Counted from the first letter of the stretch, positions 1 through 9,270 are shown. The stretch is 45,580 nt of DNA from Sphingobacteriia bacterium (GCA_009927485.1 RFMW01000154.1:1-45580), one strand, 5' to 3'. Program-made: numbers and translations. The notes: generated by a model not told the origin, from the sequence alone.

Positions 1-609
1 TGCGCTTTGTAACATTTCCCTTTGCATAGTCGTACCGGTGGCCAACCAGACAAAAACCGAGTGACCCTGCTTAAGGTGGAAACTCTCTTCGTAACAAATC
101 CGTTCCAGGGCCCTGCAGTAGGGACCGTACGAGCCTTTGGAATTGGCAACCTGGTTGACAATAGCCGCCGCATCAATCAAAAAACCAATCACGGCCACAT
201 CAGCCCAGGTCTCGGCAGGATAATTAAAAACGTTGGAATACTTGGACTTGCCGTTGATCAGGTCGTTGAGCATATCCTCCCGGCTTTTGCCCAGGGTCTC
301 GGCGGCCGAATACAGTAGCTGGGCATGGCCAACCTCGTCCTGCACCTTGGCCATTAAGGCCAATTTGCGGCGGAAACCGGGGGCCCGGGTTATCCATGTG
401 CCTTCGGGCAATGCGCCGATAATTTCGGAATGCGCATGCTGTTCAATCATGCGAATCAGCTGCTTGCGGTAGGCCGCAGGCATCCAATCCCGGGGTTCAA
501 TTTTTTCGCCACGGGCGATACGCGCCTCAAATTGAGCGAGCAATTCCGGGCTCTCGGCTGATGCCTTGGGCTCATCAGCCCCGGCGGGTACATATCCTCC
601 TCCGTACAT
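1..609 (-). CDS. paaA: 1,2-phenylacetyl-CoA epoxidase subunit A (5' part; runs off the window start)
   Basis: Not in the ORF track because it is truncated. Manual translation from ATG 609 gives MYGGGYVP...[72 protein letters not shown]...[14 protein letters not shown]...[19 protein letters not shown], which are characteristic PaaA motifs. Confidence 0.95.
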   Translation of the reverse strand, partial: MYGGGYVPAGADEPKASAESPELLAQFEARIARGEKIEPRDWMPAAYRKQLIRMIEQHAHSEIIGALPEGTWITRAPGFRRKLALMAKVQDEVGHAQLLYSAAETLGKSREDMLNDLINGKSKYSNVFNYPAETWADVAVIGFLIDAAAIVNQVANSKGSYGPYCRALERICYEESFHLKQGHSVFVWLATGTTMQREMLQSA

Positions 610-633
610 AACAATGAATTTAAAATGTGGGGT

Positions 634-1284
634 TCAATGGGGTTGGTGATGATGGGGGCTTGGTGATGATGGGGGCTTGGCGATGCCGTTCATCCAAAGA
701 TTCAAAAAACGTTGGGCCAGCGGGGTCAAAGCGTCATCATCGGGGCGGGTTGCGCTGTGCAGGGATCCGTTCATGAGCAACAAAAGTTGGCGACCAAGCC
801 AGAGGGGATCCCCCTGAACGAAGACCCCTTGGTTCATGCCCTCTTGAAAGAGCCCCGCAAAAAACTGCTCGTAATCCAATCGCAAGGTCTTGAAAGCTTG
901 CAACGAAGGCTCGCTCAGGTGACGCCATTCATGGACAAATACCCCTACCGCTTCCCGATCCGAAAACAGCAAGCGCAAATGCTCCTTGATGGCCAAGGCC
1001 AGACGATCGGTCACCGGTAAATCCAAGGCGGCAATACGCTGAGCCGTGGAGACAAAGGCATCCGCCATGCCAAAACAAATCTCGTGGAGCAGGGTCTCCT
1101 TGGACGAGAAATGATTGTAGAGGGAGGGGGCCTCTATGCCACTCACCGAGGCCAATTCACGCATCGATGTGGCAGCATACCCCTTGCGATGAAAAAGCCC
1201 GGTGGCCAAACGAGCAATCTGTGCCCGCCTGCCGTTTCCGACCACAGAAATTGAGGTAGTTTCTATCGTTGTAGGCTCAATCAT
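634..1284 (-). CDS. TetR/AcrR family transcriptional regulator, likely PaaR-type
   Basis: N-terminal HTH (LFHRKGYAATSMRELA...APSLYNHFSSKETLL). It lies directly upstream of paaA with a palindromic operator at its promoter. Start is ATG 1284 (TTG 1287 is an alternative). Confidence 0.9.
   Translation of the reverse strand: MIEPTTIETTSISVVGNGRRAQIARLATGLFHRKGYAATSMRELASVSGIEAPSLYNHFSSKETLLHEICFGMADAFVSTAQRIAALDLPVTDRLALAIKEHLRLLFSDREAVGVFVHEWRHLSEPSLQAFKTLRLDYEQFFAGLFQEGMNQGVFVQGDPLWLGRQLLLLMNGSLHSATRPDDDALTPLAQRFLNLWMNGIAKPPSSPSPHHHQPH
643..685. repeat. 17-bp tandem repeat (2 perfect copies plus a partial) in the 3' end of the TetR gene
   Basis: ttggtgatgatgggggc at 643-659 and 660-676, then ttggcgatg. 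Confidence 0.85.
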
Positions 1285-1288
1285 CAAC

Positions 1289-1296
1289 CAAAGATA
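1289..1296 (-). promoter_or_regulatory. Bacteroidota -7 promoter box for tetR-paaA
   Basis: TATCTTTG on the minus strand matches TAnnTTTG and lies 4 nt upstream of ATG 1284. Confidence 0.7.
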
Positions 1297-1311
1297 CGAA
1301 CGATCGTTCGT
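1296..1311. promoter_or_regulatory. Putative PaaR/TetR operator
   Basis: Perfect 16-bp palindrome ACGAACGATCGTTCGT abutting the -7 box. Its core CGAACGATCGTTCG fits the CNAACGNNCGTTNG consensus reported for Thermus PaaR. Confidence 0.75.
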
Positions 1312-1352
1312 TCGTGTGCGCCCAATGCTCTTTCTTTTGGGTCAGAAACCAG

Positions 1353-1360
1353 TACTTTTG
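1353..1360 (+). promoter_or_regulatory. -7 promoter box for the divergent lipoprotein gene
   Basis: TACTTTTG matches TAnnTTTG upstream of ATG 1434. Confidence 0.55.
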
Positions 1361-1433
1361 CAGTCAACAAGGCGTTTGGGGCCTTGCTGAAATGAATGGA
1401 ATTCCCTTTAGACCCCTGTTTCTCGCTTTGAAC

Positions 1434-2837
1434 ATGCGAAGACCCTCCATTGGGTTGCTTGGTTTGATCCTGTGGGGGAGCCTGATGTGCATCGGGTGCC
1501 GACCGGATCGCTTTGAGGGAGGAGTCAGTGTGGACTTGCGCTACGAAACCGATACCTTGCTCTTCGATACGGTTCTGGTTCAGGCTTCCTCCATCACCCG
1601 GCGTTTCAAGGTGTACAATCCCACGGAAACGGATTTATTAATCGACCAAGTTTTTCTCGGTTCCACCATGGCGGCCTCCACCGGGAGCAGGCCTTCGGGC
1701 TTTAGGCTCAACATCAACGGGCTTGCGGCCAACCGAGTAAACAGTCTGCGCTTAGCGGCCAAGGATAGCCTCTATGTTTTTGCGGAAGTAACCGTGGACC
1801 CTAACGACAGTTTAACTCCCTATTTGGTCACGGATTCGGTGTTTTTTGTGATGGGTAACCGTACCGGCAAAGTCATGTTGACCGCCTACGGACAGAATGC
1901 TCGCTTCTACAAGGATTCCATCATCGGTACCTCGGTATGGACCAACGAGAAGCCCGTAGTGATTTACAATTCCATCCTCGTCGATTCCATGGCCACCCTG
2001 TGGATTCAACCGGGCACCAAAGTCTATTTCAATGGGGGCTCCACCCTCTATGTCCTAGGTACATTGCGGGCCCAGGGCACGGCGGAATCGCCCATCGAAA
2101 TGCGCGGTGATCGTTTGGACCCCTTCTACAGGGATCTTGCCGGCGCATGGAACGGAATTCATTTGCTTCGAGGCTCAGGTAATCATTTCATGCGCCATGT
2201 CGTGCTGCGAAACGGATCGGTGGGTATTCGCGTGGACTCTTTGCCTGTCAATGGATTAGGTCCCAATCTTCGGCTCGAAAGCGTTTGGGTCGATCATTTT
2301 GCACAGGCCGGTATTTTTGGTAACACTGCCCATATCGAAGGAGATAATGTTTTGGTAAGTAACTGCGGTTTATTCAATTTTCTGGGGGATTACGGGGGCA
2401 TATACCGGTTCAGGCACAGCACCTTTGTGCACATGAATTCTGAATTTCCCAGATCGTACCCGCTCTTTGTGCTGAGCAACAGGAATTTAGGACAACCCTC
2501 GCGTCCCAACCCTGCCTCCCTGGACTTGTTCAATTGCATCCTATGGGGAAATGCGGACGAGGAATTGGCACTGGATACCAGCGGCCTGGGCAATTTTTCC
2601 TACAACATTAGGTACAGCATCCTTCGCAGCTTGAGAGGTTGGCGGGGCCAAAACCTCCTTTACACGTACCCAAAGTTCAAAAATCCCTCCGAACGGAATT
2701 ATGCCATCGACACCTTGAGCCCAGCGTACCGAGCTGGCGAGGACCTTCGATCAACCTATCCTGCTTTGGGCTTTGATCTTCAAGGGCGAATACGCCCTGC
2801 CTTACCCACCTTGGGCTGCTTGGAGCGCATAGAATAA
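1434..2837 (+). CDS. Putative lipoprotein with an Ig-like domain, right-handed beta-helix repeats and a choice-of-anchor-Q-like tail
   Basis: The ORF track starts at 1314, but ATG 1434 gives the signal peptide MRRPSIGLLGLILWGSLMCIGC. It has the beta-helix signatures GTLRAQGTAESPI and GAWNGIH, and a C-terminal PKFKNP..NY.I...SPA...DLQGRIR..PTLGCLE. Confidence 0.7.
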   Translation: MRRPSIGLLGLILWGSLMCIGCRPDRFEGGVSVDLRYETDTLLFDTVLVQASSITRRFKVYNPTETDLLIDQVFLGSTMAASTGSRPSGFRLNINGLAANRVNSLRLAAKDSLYVFAEVTVDPNDSLTPYLVTDSVFFVMGNRTGKVMLTAYGQNARFYKDSIIGTSVWTNEKPVVIYNSILVDSMATLWIQPGTKVYFNGGSTLYVLGTLRAQGTAESPIEMRGDRLDPFYRDLAGAWNGIHLLRGSGNHFMRHVVLRNGSVGIRVDSLPVNGLGPNLRLESVWVDHFAQAGIFGNTAHIEGDNVLVSNCGLFNFLGDYGGIYRFRHSTFVHMNSEFPRSYPLFVLSNRNLGQPSRPNPASLDLFNCILWGNADEELALDTSGLGNFSYNIRYSILRSLRGWRGQNLLYTYPKFKNPSERNYAIDTLSPAYRAGEDLRSTYPALGFDLQGRIRPALPTLGCLERIE

Positions 2838-2897
2838 GGCTGGTCCAAAATTCCCTCGATTTAAGAAGTTCTGGTCAAGGGAAGACGCTGAAGATGG

Positions 2898-2922
2898 TAT
2901 CTTTGGCCTAAATTTAACTTTG
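2898..2922 (+). promoter_or_regulatory. Two tandem -7 boxes upstream of the usp gene
   Basis: TATCTTTG at 2898-2905 and TAACTTTG at 2915-2922. Confidence 0.55.
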
Positions 2923-2957
2923 ACTTTCCTTCGGTAAATTCCAATCCAATCAATGCC

Positions 2958-3806
2958 ATGATCCTCGTTCCTTACGATTTCACCCCTCCTTGTGACTGTG
3001 CGATTCAGCATGCCACCCTGATAGCCCGCAAAGGCAACCATGCGATCCAGCTTCTCCATGTGGTGAATTCGGACAGCAAATCCTTGATGCGGCGGGACAA
3101 AATCAGCCTCAAGGACCTTAACGACCGTATGGCAAACCTAGCGGCCAGGGTTCAAAAGGAATCGGGCATCGAAACAGGTTACGAAATGGTCACGGGCTCC
3201 ATCTTCACCACCATCCCGGAGTATGCCGTGGAGTCCAAAGCCAAATTGGTCATCATTGGAACCTCCGGCCTCGTGGGATTGCAACATTTGTTTGGTTCCA
3301 ACGTGATGAAAATCGCCGAAAAATCCGTTGTTCCGGATATCATTGTTCAAGAAAGGCCCCTTCGACCGCACGGTTACAAAACCATTGTGATGCCCATGGA
3401 TGCTGGCAAAGAATCCAAACAAAAGACCTTTCAAACGGCCGCCCTGGCGAAAATCTTTGATGGAACCGTCCATATTTTCGCCGCGTTGGAAACCGATGAA
3501 TTCCTCAAGCACGCCGTTGATAACAATATCCATTTTGCAACCAGGCACTTTGATGCTCAAGGCATTCCCTATCAAATTGCTTATGAGACCGAAGATGGCA
3601 AACGCTACGTGGACCAAATCATCCAATACGCCATCAAGGCAGAAGCTGACCTGCTTACCATCATGACCGGCGATCACCGTGGGCTCTTGGATATCCTATC
3701 GGCATCGGAAACAGAAGGCGAACATATTGTGAATAACCAAGCACAGATTCCGGTCATGTGCATTGATCCCCAGAACGCCCTCTACGGATCGGTCTTCACC
3801 TATTAA
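2958..3806 (+). CDS. Universal stress protein (tandem USP domains)
   Basis: ILVPYDF start, LVIIGTSG...FGSNVMKI...VP motif, and a second domain beginning TIVMPMD. Confidence 0.9.
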   Translation: MILVPYDFTPPCDCAIQHATLIARKGNHAIQLLHVVNSDSKSLMRRDKISLKDLNDRMANLAARVQKESGIETGYEMVTGSIFTTIPEYAVESKAKLVIIGTSGLVGLQHLFGSNVMKIAEKSVVPDIIVQERPLRPHGYKTIVMPMDAGKESKQKTFQTAALAKIFDGTVHIFAALETDEFLKHAVDNNIHFATRHFDAQGIPYQIAYETEDGKRYVDQIIQYAIKAEADLLTIMTGDHRGLLDILSASETEGEHIVNNQAQIPVMCIDPQNALYGSVFTY

Positions 3807-3839
3807 TTCCTTTCTGGCCAGGCCTTTCAAAATCGCTCT

Positions 3840-4307
3840 ATGCAAGGTGTACTCAACGAAAAATCCAAAACCATTGCGGTCGATTTCGACGGCACGGTGG
3901 TGGAGCATGCCTATCCCGCCATAGGGCGAGAGATGCTGTTTGCCTTTGCAACCCTTAAACGCCTCCAAGAAAAAGGTCATAAATTAATACTTTGGAGCAT
4001 TCGTGAAGGACAAACCCTTCAGGAGGCGGTCGATTACTGCAAAGCGAACGGTGTGGAATTTTATGCGGTGAATGCGAACTTTCCGGGAGAGGTTTTGGAA
4101 CCGGGGGTAAGTGCACGCAAAGTCAATGCCGACATTTTCATTGACGATCGTAACGTGGGTGGATTCCGAGGGTGGAGTGAAATTTATCAAATGTTGCATC
4201 CAGAGGATGGGCCATTCTTTCACCAACTCGAAAACGAAAAAGCGCATTTCAACTTCCGGGAACCTCGCAAAAAGAAAGGTTTTTGGGCAAGGCTGTTCGG
4301 GAAATAA
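3840..4307 (+). CDS. HAD-superfamily hydrolase (BT0820-like)
   Basis: IAVDFDGT motif I, LILWSIR, and ADIFIDDRN motif IV. Confidence 0.88.
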   Translation: MQGVLNEKSKTIAVDFDGTVVEHAYPAIGREMLFAFATLKRLQEKGHKLILWSIREGQTLQEAVDYCKANGVEFYAVNANFPGEVLEPGVSARKVNADIFIDDRNVGGFRGWSEIYQMLHPEDGPFFHQLENEKAHFNFREPRKKKGFWARLFGK

Positions 4308-4314
4308 GACCCCG

Positions 4315-5100
4315 ATGATTCACCTCAAAAGCCCCGAAGAGCTTGAATACTGCCGGCTTGCTGCCGATCTGGTGAGCAGGACCTTGGGGACCATTGCTCC
4401 CTTGGTGAAACCCGGGATTACCCCCTTGGAGTTGGATCGTATAGCCGAAACCTATATCCGGGACATGGGAGGGATTCCTGCCTTCAAGGGACTGTATGGA
4501 TTTCCCAACACTTTATGCATTTCGCCCAACGACCAGGTGGTGCACGGGATACCCACCCAGCAGGCCCTACGGGATGGAGATATCGTCTCCATCGACTGCG
4601 GGGTGAAATTGAACGATTTCATAGGTGACCAAGCCTTCACCTTTGCGGTAGGAACCATTTCCGAAAGTGCTGCCCGTTTGCTACGCATTACCCGCGAATG
4701 CCTGGAACTCGGCATTGCCCAAGCCAAGGCAGGGAACAGGATAGGAGATATTGGGTTCGCTATTCAATACCATGCGGAAACTGCAGGGTATGGTGTGGTC
4801 CGCGAACTGGTTGGCCATGGTCTGGGTCGGCAACTTCACGAAAAACCGGAAGTCCCGAATTACGGCAAAAAGGGGAACGGAGTTCGATTAGCCGATGGCA
4901 TGGTCCTCGCCATCGAGCCTATGATCAATGCAGGGACCAAATCCATTCGCCACGAGCGGGATGGATGGACGGTCCGTACGGCTGATGGTGCCCTGTCGGC
5001 TCATTTTGAACATGATGTTGCCCTCATAAACGGTCATTGCTCCGTCCTGACCACCTTTCAATACGTGGACGAAGCATTGGGAACTTCGCGGCAGGTTTAA
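4315..5100 (+). CDS. map: Type I methionine aminopeptidase
   Basis: From ATG 4315 MIHLKSPEE; motifs VVHGIP, IDCG, GHGLGRQLHE, AIEPM and SAHFEH. Confidence 0.97.
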   Translation: MIHLKSPEELEYCRLAADLVSRTLGTIAPLVKPGITPLELDRIAETYIRDMGGIPAFKGLYGFPNTLCISPNDQVVHGIPTQQALRDGDIVSIDCGVKLNDFIGDQAFTFAVGTISESAARLLRITRECLELGIAQAKAGNRIGDIGFAIQYHAETAGYGVVRELVGHGLGRQLHEKPEVPNYGKKGNGVRLADGMVLAIEPMINAGTKSIRHERDGWTVRTADGALSAHFEHDVALINGHCSVLTTFQYVDEALGTSRQV

Positions 5101-5126
5101 ATTCGCGGCGAAAATTAATCTTCACC

Positions 5127-5834
5127 ATGGGAAGAGCCTTTGAATACCGAAAAGCCCGCAAATTTGCGCGTTGGGACAAAATGTCCAAAACCTTTACCCG
5201 CATAGGCCGGGAAATTGCCATGTCTGTCAAAGCCGGTGGACCGGAACCCGAAAGCAATACCCGCCTTCGCGCTGCAATTCAAAATGCCAAAGCCGCTAAT
5301 ATGCCCAAGGACCGGGTCGAAGCGGCGATCAAAAAGGCTTCCAACAAAGACGAAAAAGCTTACGAAGAAGTCATCTACGAGGGGTATGCACCGCACGGGA
5401 TTGCCGTTTTGGTCGAAACAGCTACCGACAATCCCACCCGAACGGTCGCCAATGTAAGGCATATTTTCAGCAAATACGGGGGGTCCATGGGCACCTCGGG
5501 CTCTGTCGGGTTTTTGTTTGAGCGCAAAGCCACCTTTCGCCTTGACCCGGGGGATCGACCCGCCGATGAACTGGAGCTGGAGCTGATCGATGCCGGTGCC
5601 GAAGATGTTCAAGTGGAGGACGGTGAATGGACCCTCACCGCCGCCTTTACAGATTACGGGCAAGTCCAAAAATCTTTGGAAAACCTTGGTATTCAGATTA
5701 TTTCCTCTGAATTAGCCTATATCCCCACCATGACCAAAAGCTTGGATGAATCCCAGGCCGAGGAATGCATCCGCTTGATGGACATGCTCGAAGAAGACGA
5801 TGACGTCCAAAATGTTTATTGCACCTTGGCTTAA
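5127..5834 (+). CDS. yebC: YebC/PmpR family protein
   Basis: MGRAFEYRK start at ATG 5127; motifs NMPKDRVEAAI, YEGY, TDNPTRT and EEDDDVQNVY. Confidence 0.96.
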   Translation: MGRAFEYRKARKFARWDKMSKTFTRIGREIAMSVKAGGPEPESNTRLRAAIQNAKAANMPKDRVEAAIKKASNKDEKAYEEVIYEGYAPHGIAVLVETATDNPTRTVANVRHIFSKYGGSMGTSGSVGFLFERKATFRLDPGDRPADELELELIDAGAEDVQVEDGEWTLTAAFTDYGQVQKSLENLGIQIISSELAYIPTMTKSLDESQAEECIRLMDMLEEDDDVQNVYCTLA

Positions 5835-5971
5835 AATGCCCTGGAATCGTCTGCATTTCCGCCCATGTAAAGGAAGGATTTCTGGATTTTTCCCACAAAA
5901 ATTATTTTTTAGGGATACTAAACTTGAAAATGTTGTTTTTGGGCCTATTTTGGTCTCATTAAAACCAAACT

Positions 5972-6148
5972 ATGGACAAGTACAACCAAATTCTCGAGAT
6001 GGTCACCGGTATGGAGAAGGACTTTCAGAAGTTCTATGACGCCGACAACAAGGCTGCAGGTACCCGCATCCGCAAAGGTTTGCAGGAGCTCAAAGCTCAT
6101 TGCCAAACTCTTCGCCTGGAAATCCAGGAAATGAAGAACGCTGGCTAA
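5972..6148 (+). CDS. Small histone-H1-like (Hc1 family) protein, 58 aa
   Basis: Below the ORF-track cutoff. Translation MDKYNQILEMVTGMEKDFQKFYDADNKAAGTRIRKGLQELKAHCQTLRLEIQEMKNAG carries the NKAAGTRxRK signature. It has an A-rich leader and a downstream hairpin. Confidence 0.88.
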   Translation: MDKYNQILEMVTGMEKDFQKFYDADNKAAGTRIRKGLQELKAHCQTLRLEIQEMKNAG

Positions 6149-6155
6149 GTTTCGA

Positions 6156-9092
6156 CTACAGCGACAAAATCAAACGAAAACCCCATCCGCTCCAGCGGTT
6201 GGGGTTTTGGTTTATAAGGGGGTTGGCAGAAACTGGGAACACCTTTCCGGATTGAAAAAGGGTGGAGAAGTGGAAAATATCCAATCCTAAGCCGCCATAG
6301 ATTCGGCTTAGCTTCCATCCTGCTTCGGCATGCATCATCCGGCCAGGTTCAGTGATCCAATAGGTATGCAGCGTCTCGACCGCACGCGATTTGGCCAAGC
6401 CTTTCCAGCGAGTCAAAATCAATCGCTCCGAAGAATATTCTTGCATGAGGCCTAGCCACTGGGTTGATGAAGAAAGGCTGTAGGGGTTAAGACCCCGAAT
6501 GGCCATCGTCGCATCCGGGCCTAATCCGAAGGAGGCCGATGACCAATGATGCCAGTCCGCAAACTGGGTGGGCCTTTGAAGAAATCCACCCCATACCGCA
6601 TACCCATGCCAAACCCGGTCCGCGCCAAGATTGGCTTTGCGGTCCACATAGACCTGAACCTTGGTCCAAGGCTTCCATAGGTTGGTTGGTGCTTCCCCTG
6701 CTGGCAGGTTTCCCGCCGTCATCGGCCGAACCCAGGCCTGGGACAGATCCAACCCCAAAGCAACCTCATCGGTACGACGATATCGTGTCCAGCCGTTGAA
6801 ACGACGTCGTTCGGTCATGGGCTCCCAACGCCATCCTGCATTCAGCTGAAATTTGTGATGGTCAGTAAAGATCCCTTTAGTTTCGGAAACAGGCTTCAGG
6901 AGCGTGAGATCTTGGGACGGCCGAAACCACAAGGATGAGGCCCAGATCAGGGAAGAATCGGTATTAGCGTTTTGCAACCAATACTGTCGATTTTCACCTT
7001 GAAGACCAAGCCACATTCTCCACTTCAAATGCAAGCGCTGCTCCAAATTGACCTGAAAACGGGCCGTTCGTATGCCCTCCAATCCGCTGTACGCAGAATA
7101 GTTCTTGGTCCTTGCATTCATGTCCCAGGTGGGCATTTCAACACGGAATCCAGAGCGCAAACCCGAATAGAGATGCACCGCTTGATTGAAGATCGCCTGG
7201 CCCAAGGGGTCCACCGTGATTCCTGCCTTCACGTTCAAACGATACTCCGCATTGTATTGGGACCATTGCAGGGATGGAAGCCATTGATGTCGCTGAGTCC
7301 CCCATCGAAGTCCTGCATTCCATTCACGGTTTAAGTTTCGTTCATCCCGGCTTAGGTGGCGGAACTTGGTGGACCAGACCCAACCCTCCAAAGGATTATA
7401 AAACCCCCAATCCCCAAACAAATGCTGTCGGAGGCCCGTCAGTTCCCATTCGCTGTAAGCCTTTCCGGGAAAATTCTTTCCCCTCTGCCTCCTAAAAGTT
7501 TCCCAAAGATTCCTGATCCCAAAAGGCGCAACGCTGCGAAGAGAATCCCTTCTCTCATTTTCTCTGTTGACCAACCTCAAACTATCCCCCCTTAAATAGC
7601 CTTGCAATTCCGAACTATCCAAGCTGATGGTCCGTAAGGAATCCCACAAAGAATTTTGGGCGACATCAGCTTGCTCATCAACTTCAAAAACATATTCCGC
7701 ATCAAATTCATTCTTCGCACTAAATTCCACCCCTTCGACAAACAAGGAGTCTTCCGCAGCCAAAGATTCAACCTGTTCTACAGAATCCTTCACCGCCAGC
7801 ATATCCTTCACCGCCAATGTATCCTTCACCGCCAATGTATCCTTCACCGCCAAAGAATTAGGGATATTCCCTTGAATAGGGCTGTTAGGATTAAGAAGGT
7901 TTGGTTTACTTGAAGAAGATGAAAGTGATTTGGGGCGAACTTTTCTTGATGCCAAACCAGCGCTGTAGGCAGGCTGTGTCCCAGTAATGGGGGGGCCTAC
8001 AACCACTTGCTTGAAATTCCGAATAGAACTGATGTACCGAATGCTGGCAGAAGCGCCCAACATGCCCACCTGAATGCGGAGATCCTCCATGCATTGCATC
8101 GACACCCCTTGAACCCTTCGAAATTGCTTCCCGATTTGGTATCGATCGCCGCCGGGGTTAACCACCTTCAAATCTGCTGCGGCCAGGCTCCAATCCCTGC
8201 TTCGCAAGACGACATAGCCTTCATAAAAATTTACCTTCTGACGACGAGGTATCACCCTGATGCGATGCAAGCGTTCACCGTCTTCGTCTTCCGAACCAAG
8301 GTATTCAAAACGATAATAAGTGAAAGCCTTGGAAGAAAAAGGTGAAATCCAATCACCGCTTCGAGCAACGTACAAATTGATATTGGAATAATTAAGGTTA
8401 GCATTGGAGGAAACCCCGAACGGGAGATTGGATCTTCTGGAGAGGACCTTCTCCTCAAATTTTCGGGGTCGTTGAAAACGAATCCTGCTAGCAGATTCCA
8501 TAACATAGGTGGTCTGCGGATCGATACCTTGTTTACGGAGTTGCCCTTTGAGAACCCACGGAACTTCGAGGATTTTGAATTGCCCTTTGACATAGGTCTC
8601 CGCCTCGTAACTCATAGGGCCTGCGGAATGCACAGGAGCAGCAGCGATCGCTTTGCGCATGTACCCGTAGGCGGGATCTTCGGCCCCGGCCTTGATCGTA
8701 ACTTCTTGTAAACCAACTACTCTAAGCGTTAACACCAAATCGGGGCCCGCTGCGGTGGCTTGGGATACGGATTCCAACGTCCAATTCAAGCGCAAAGGCT
8801 GGTATCCCAAATGGGAACAATAGACAACATAATCCCCGGCGGGAATCATGATTTCGTAGAGTCCATTTTCGTTGCTGAGCCCGGTCCATTGCCCAGGCTC
8901 CATCACCACGGTCGCATAGGCCACAGGCTTGCCCTGCGTATCCAAAACCCTGCCTTTAATTTTGATGGGAACTGCAGCATTCCTCTGAACCTTGTTCTCC
9001 ATCCCATGCGCCCCAAATCCAGGTGCAGTGACCAGCAGAATCCAAAAGGACAATGCCCTATAACACCGGATGGATCGAAATAAGCTTAGCAT
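6156..9092 (-). CDS. DUF5686 and carboxypeptidase-regulatory-like domain outer membrane protein
   Basis: IKGRVLD..GKPVAYATV (CarboxypepD_reg-like), AEDPAYGYMRKAI, ISPFS..AF.YYRFEYLG and YNPLEG motifs. The ORF-track start at 9209 overlaps the tRNA, so ATG 9092 is preferred. Confidence 0.82.
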   Translation of the reverse strand: MLSLFRSIRCYRALSFWILLVTAPGFGAHGMENKVQRNAAVPIKIKGRVLDTQGKPVAYATVVMEPGQWTGLSNENGLYEIMIPAGDYVVYCSHLGYQPLRLNWTLESVSQATAAGPDLVLTLRVVGLQEVTIKAGAEDPAYGYMRKAIAAAPVHSAGPMSYEAETYVKGQFKILEVPWVLKGQLRKQGIDPQTTYVMESASRIRFQRPRKFEEKVLSRRSNLPFGVSSNANLNYSNINLYVARSGDWISPFSSKAFTYYRFEYLGSEDEDGERLHRIRVIPRRQKVNFYEGYVVLRSRDWSLAAADLKVVNPGGDRYQIGKQFRRVQGVSMQCMEDLRIQVGMLGASASIRYISSIRNFKQVVVGPPITGTQPAYSAGLASRKVRPKSLSSSSSKPNLLNPNSPIQGNIPNSLAVKDTLAVKDTLAVKDMLAVKDSVEQVESLAAEDSLFVEGVEFSAKNEFDAEYVFEVDEQADVAQNSLWDSLRTISLDSSELQGYLRGDSLRLVNRENERRDSLRSVAPFGIRNLWETFRRQRGKNFPGKAYSEWELTGLRQHLFGDWGFYNPLEGWVWSTKFRHLSRDERNLNREWNAGLRWGTQRHQWLPSLQWSQYNAEYRLNVKAGITVDPLGQAIFNQAVHLYSGLRSGFRVEMPTWDMNARTKNYSAYSGLEGIRTARFQVNLEQRLHLKWRMWLGLQGENRQYWLQNANTDSSLIWASSLWFRPSQDLTLLKPVSETKGIFTDHHKFQLNAGWRWEPMTERRRFNGWTRYRRTDEVALGLDLSQAWVRPMTAGNLPAGEAPTNLWKPWTKVQVYVDRKANLGADRVWHGYAVWGGFLQRPTQFADWHHWSSASFGLGPDATMAIRGLNPYSLSSSTQWLGLMQEYSSERLILTRWKGLAKSRAVETLHTYWITEPGRMMHAEAGWKLSRIYGGLGLDIFHFSTLFQSGKVFPVSANPLINQNPNRWSGWGFRLILSL
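6172..6213 (+). terminator. Probable intrinsic terminator for the Hc1-like gene, embedded in the 3' end of the convergent CDS
   Basis: Stem-loop aaaacccc-a-t-ccgc/tcca/gcgg-t-t-ggggtttt followed by ggttt. Confidence 0.6.
7785..7856. repeat. 18-bp in-frame tandem repeat x4 (LAVKD[T/M/S])
   Basis: atccttcaccgcca(gcat/atgt/atgt/aaga) occurs four times. Confidence 0.92.
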
Positions 9093-9105
9093 CCAAGCAA
9101 CGTTC

Positions 9106-9130
9106 AACCTGCCCCCATGCGGAGCAGGTT
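9106..9130 (-). terminator. Hairpin immediately downstream of tRNA-Leu
   Basis: aacctgc...gcaggtt inverted repeat. There is no U-tract on the minus strand, so it is a weak terminator or a processing stem. Confidence 0.4.
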
Positions 9131-9133
9131 TCG

Positions 9134-9215
9134 TGCCGAAGGCCGGACTCGAACCGGCATGTCTTGCGACACACGCCCCTGAAACGTGCGCGTCTACCAA
9201 TTTCGCCACTTCGGC
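9134..9215 (-). tRNA. tRNA-Leu(CAG), CCA not encoded
   Basis: GCCGAAGTGGCGAAATTGGTAGACGCGCACGTTTCAGGGGCGTGTGTCGCAAGACATGCCGGTTCGAGTCCGGCCTTCGGCA: acceptor stem GCCGAAG/CTTCGGC, anticodon loop TT-CAG-GG, long variable arm and GTTCGA T-loop. Confidence 0.97.
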
Positions 9216-9270
9216 AAGTTTAAAAATGAAGCAACCCGGAATGGGTCATCGACCCAAGGTGGCTCATGCA

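Noticed and set aside
22-472. Plus-strand ORFs 22-318 and 233-472
   Set aside because: They are antisense to paaA, which occupies 1-609 on the minus strand.
5800-6039. 79-aa ORF between yebC and the Hc1-like gene
   Set aside because: It overlaps both real genes in another frame and spans the promoter region.
9134-9215. tRNA-Leu as a genomic island attachment site
   Set aside because: No integrase, no duplicated tRNA 3' end and no obvious compositional shift. The flanking genes are typical Bacteroidota core genes.
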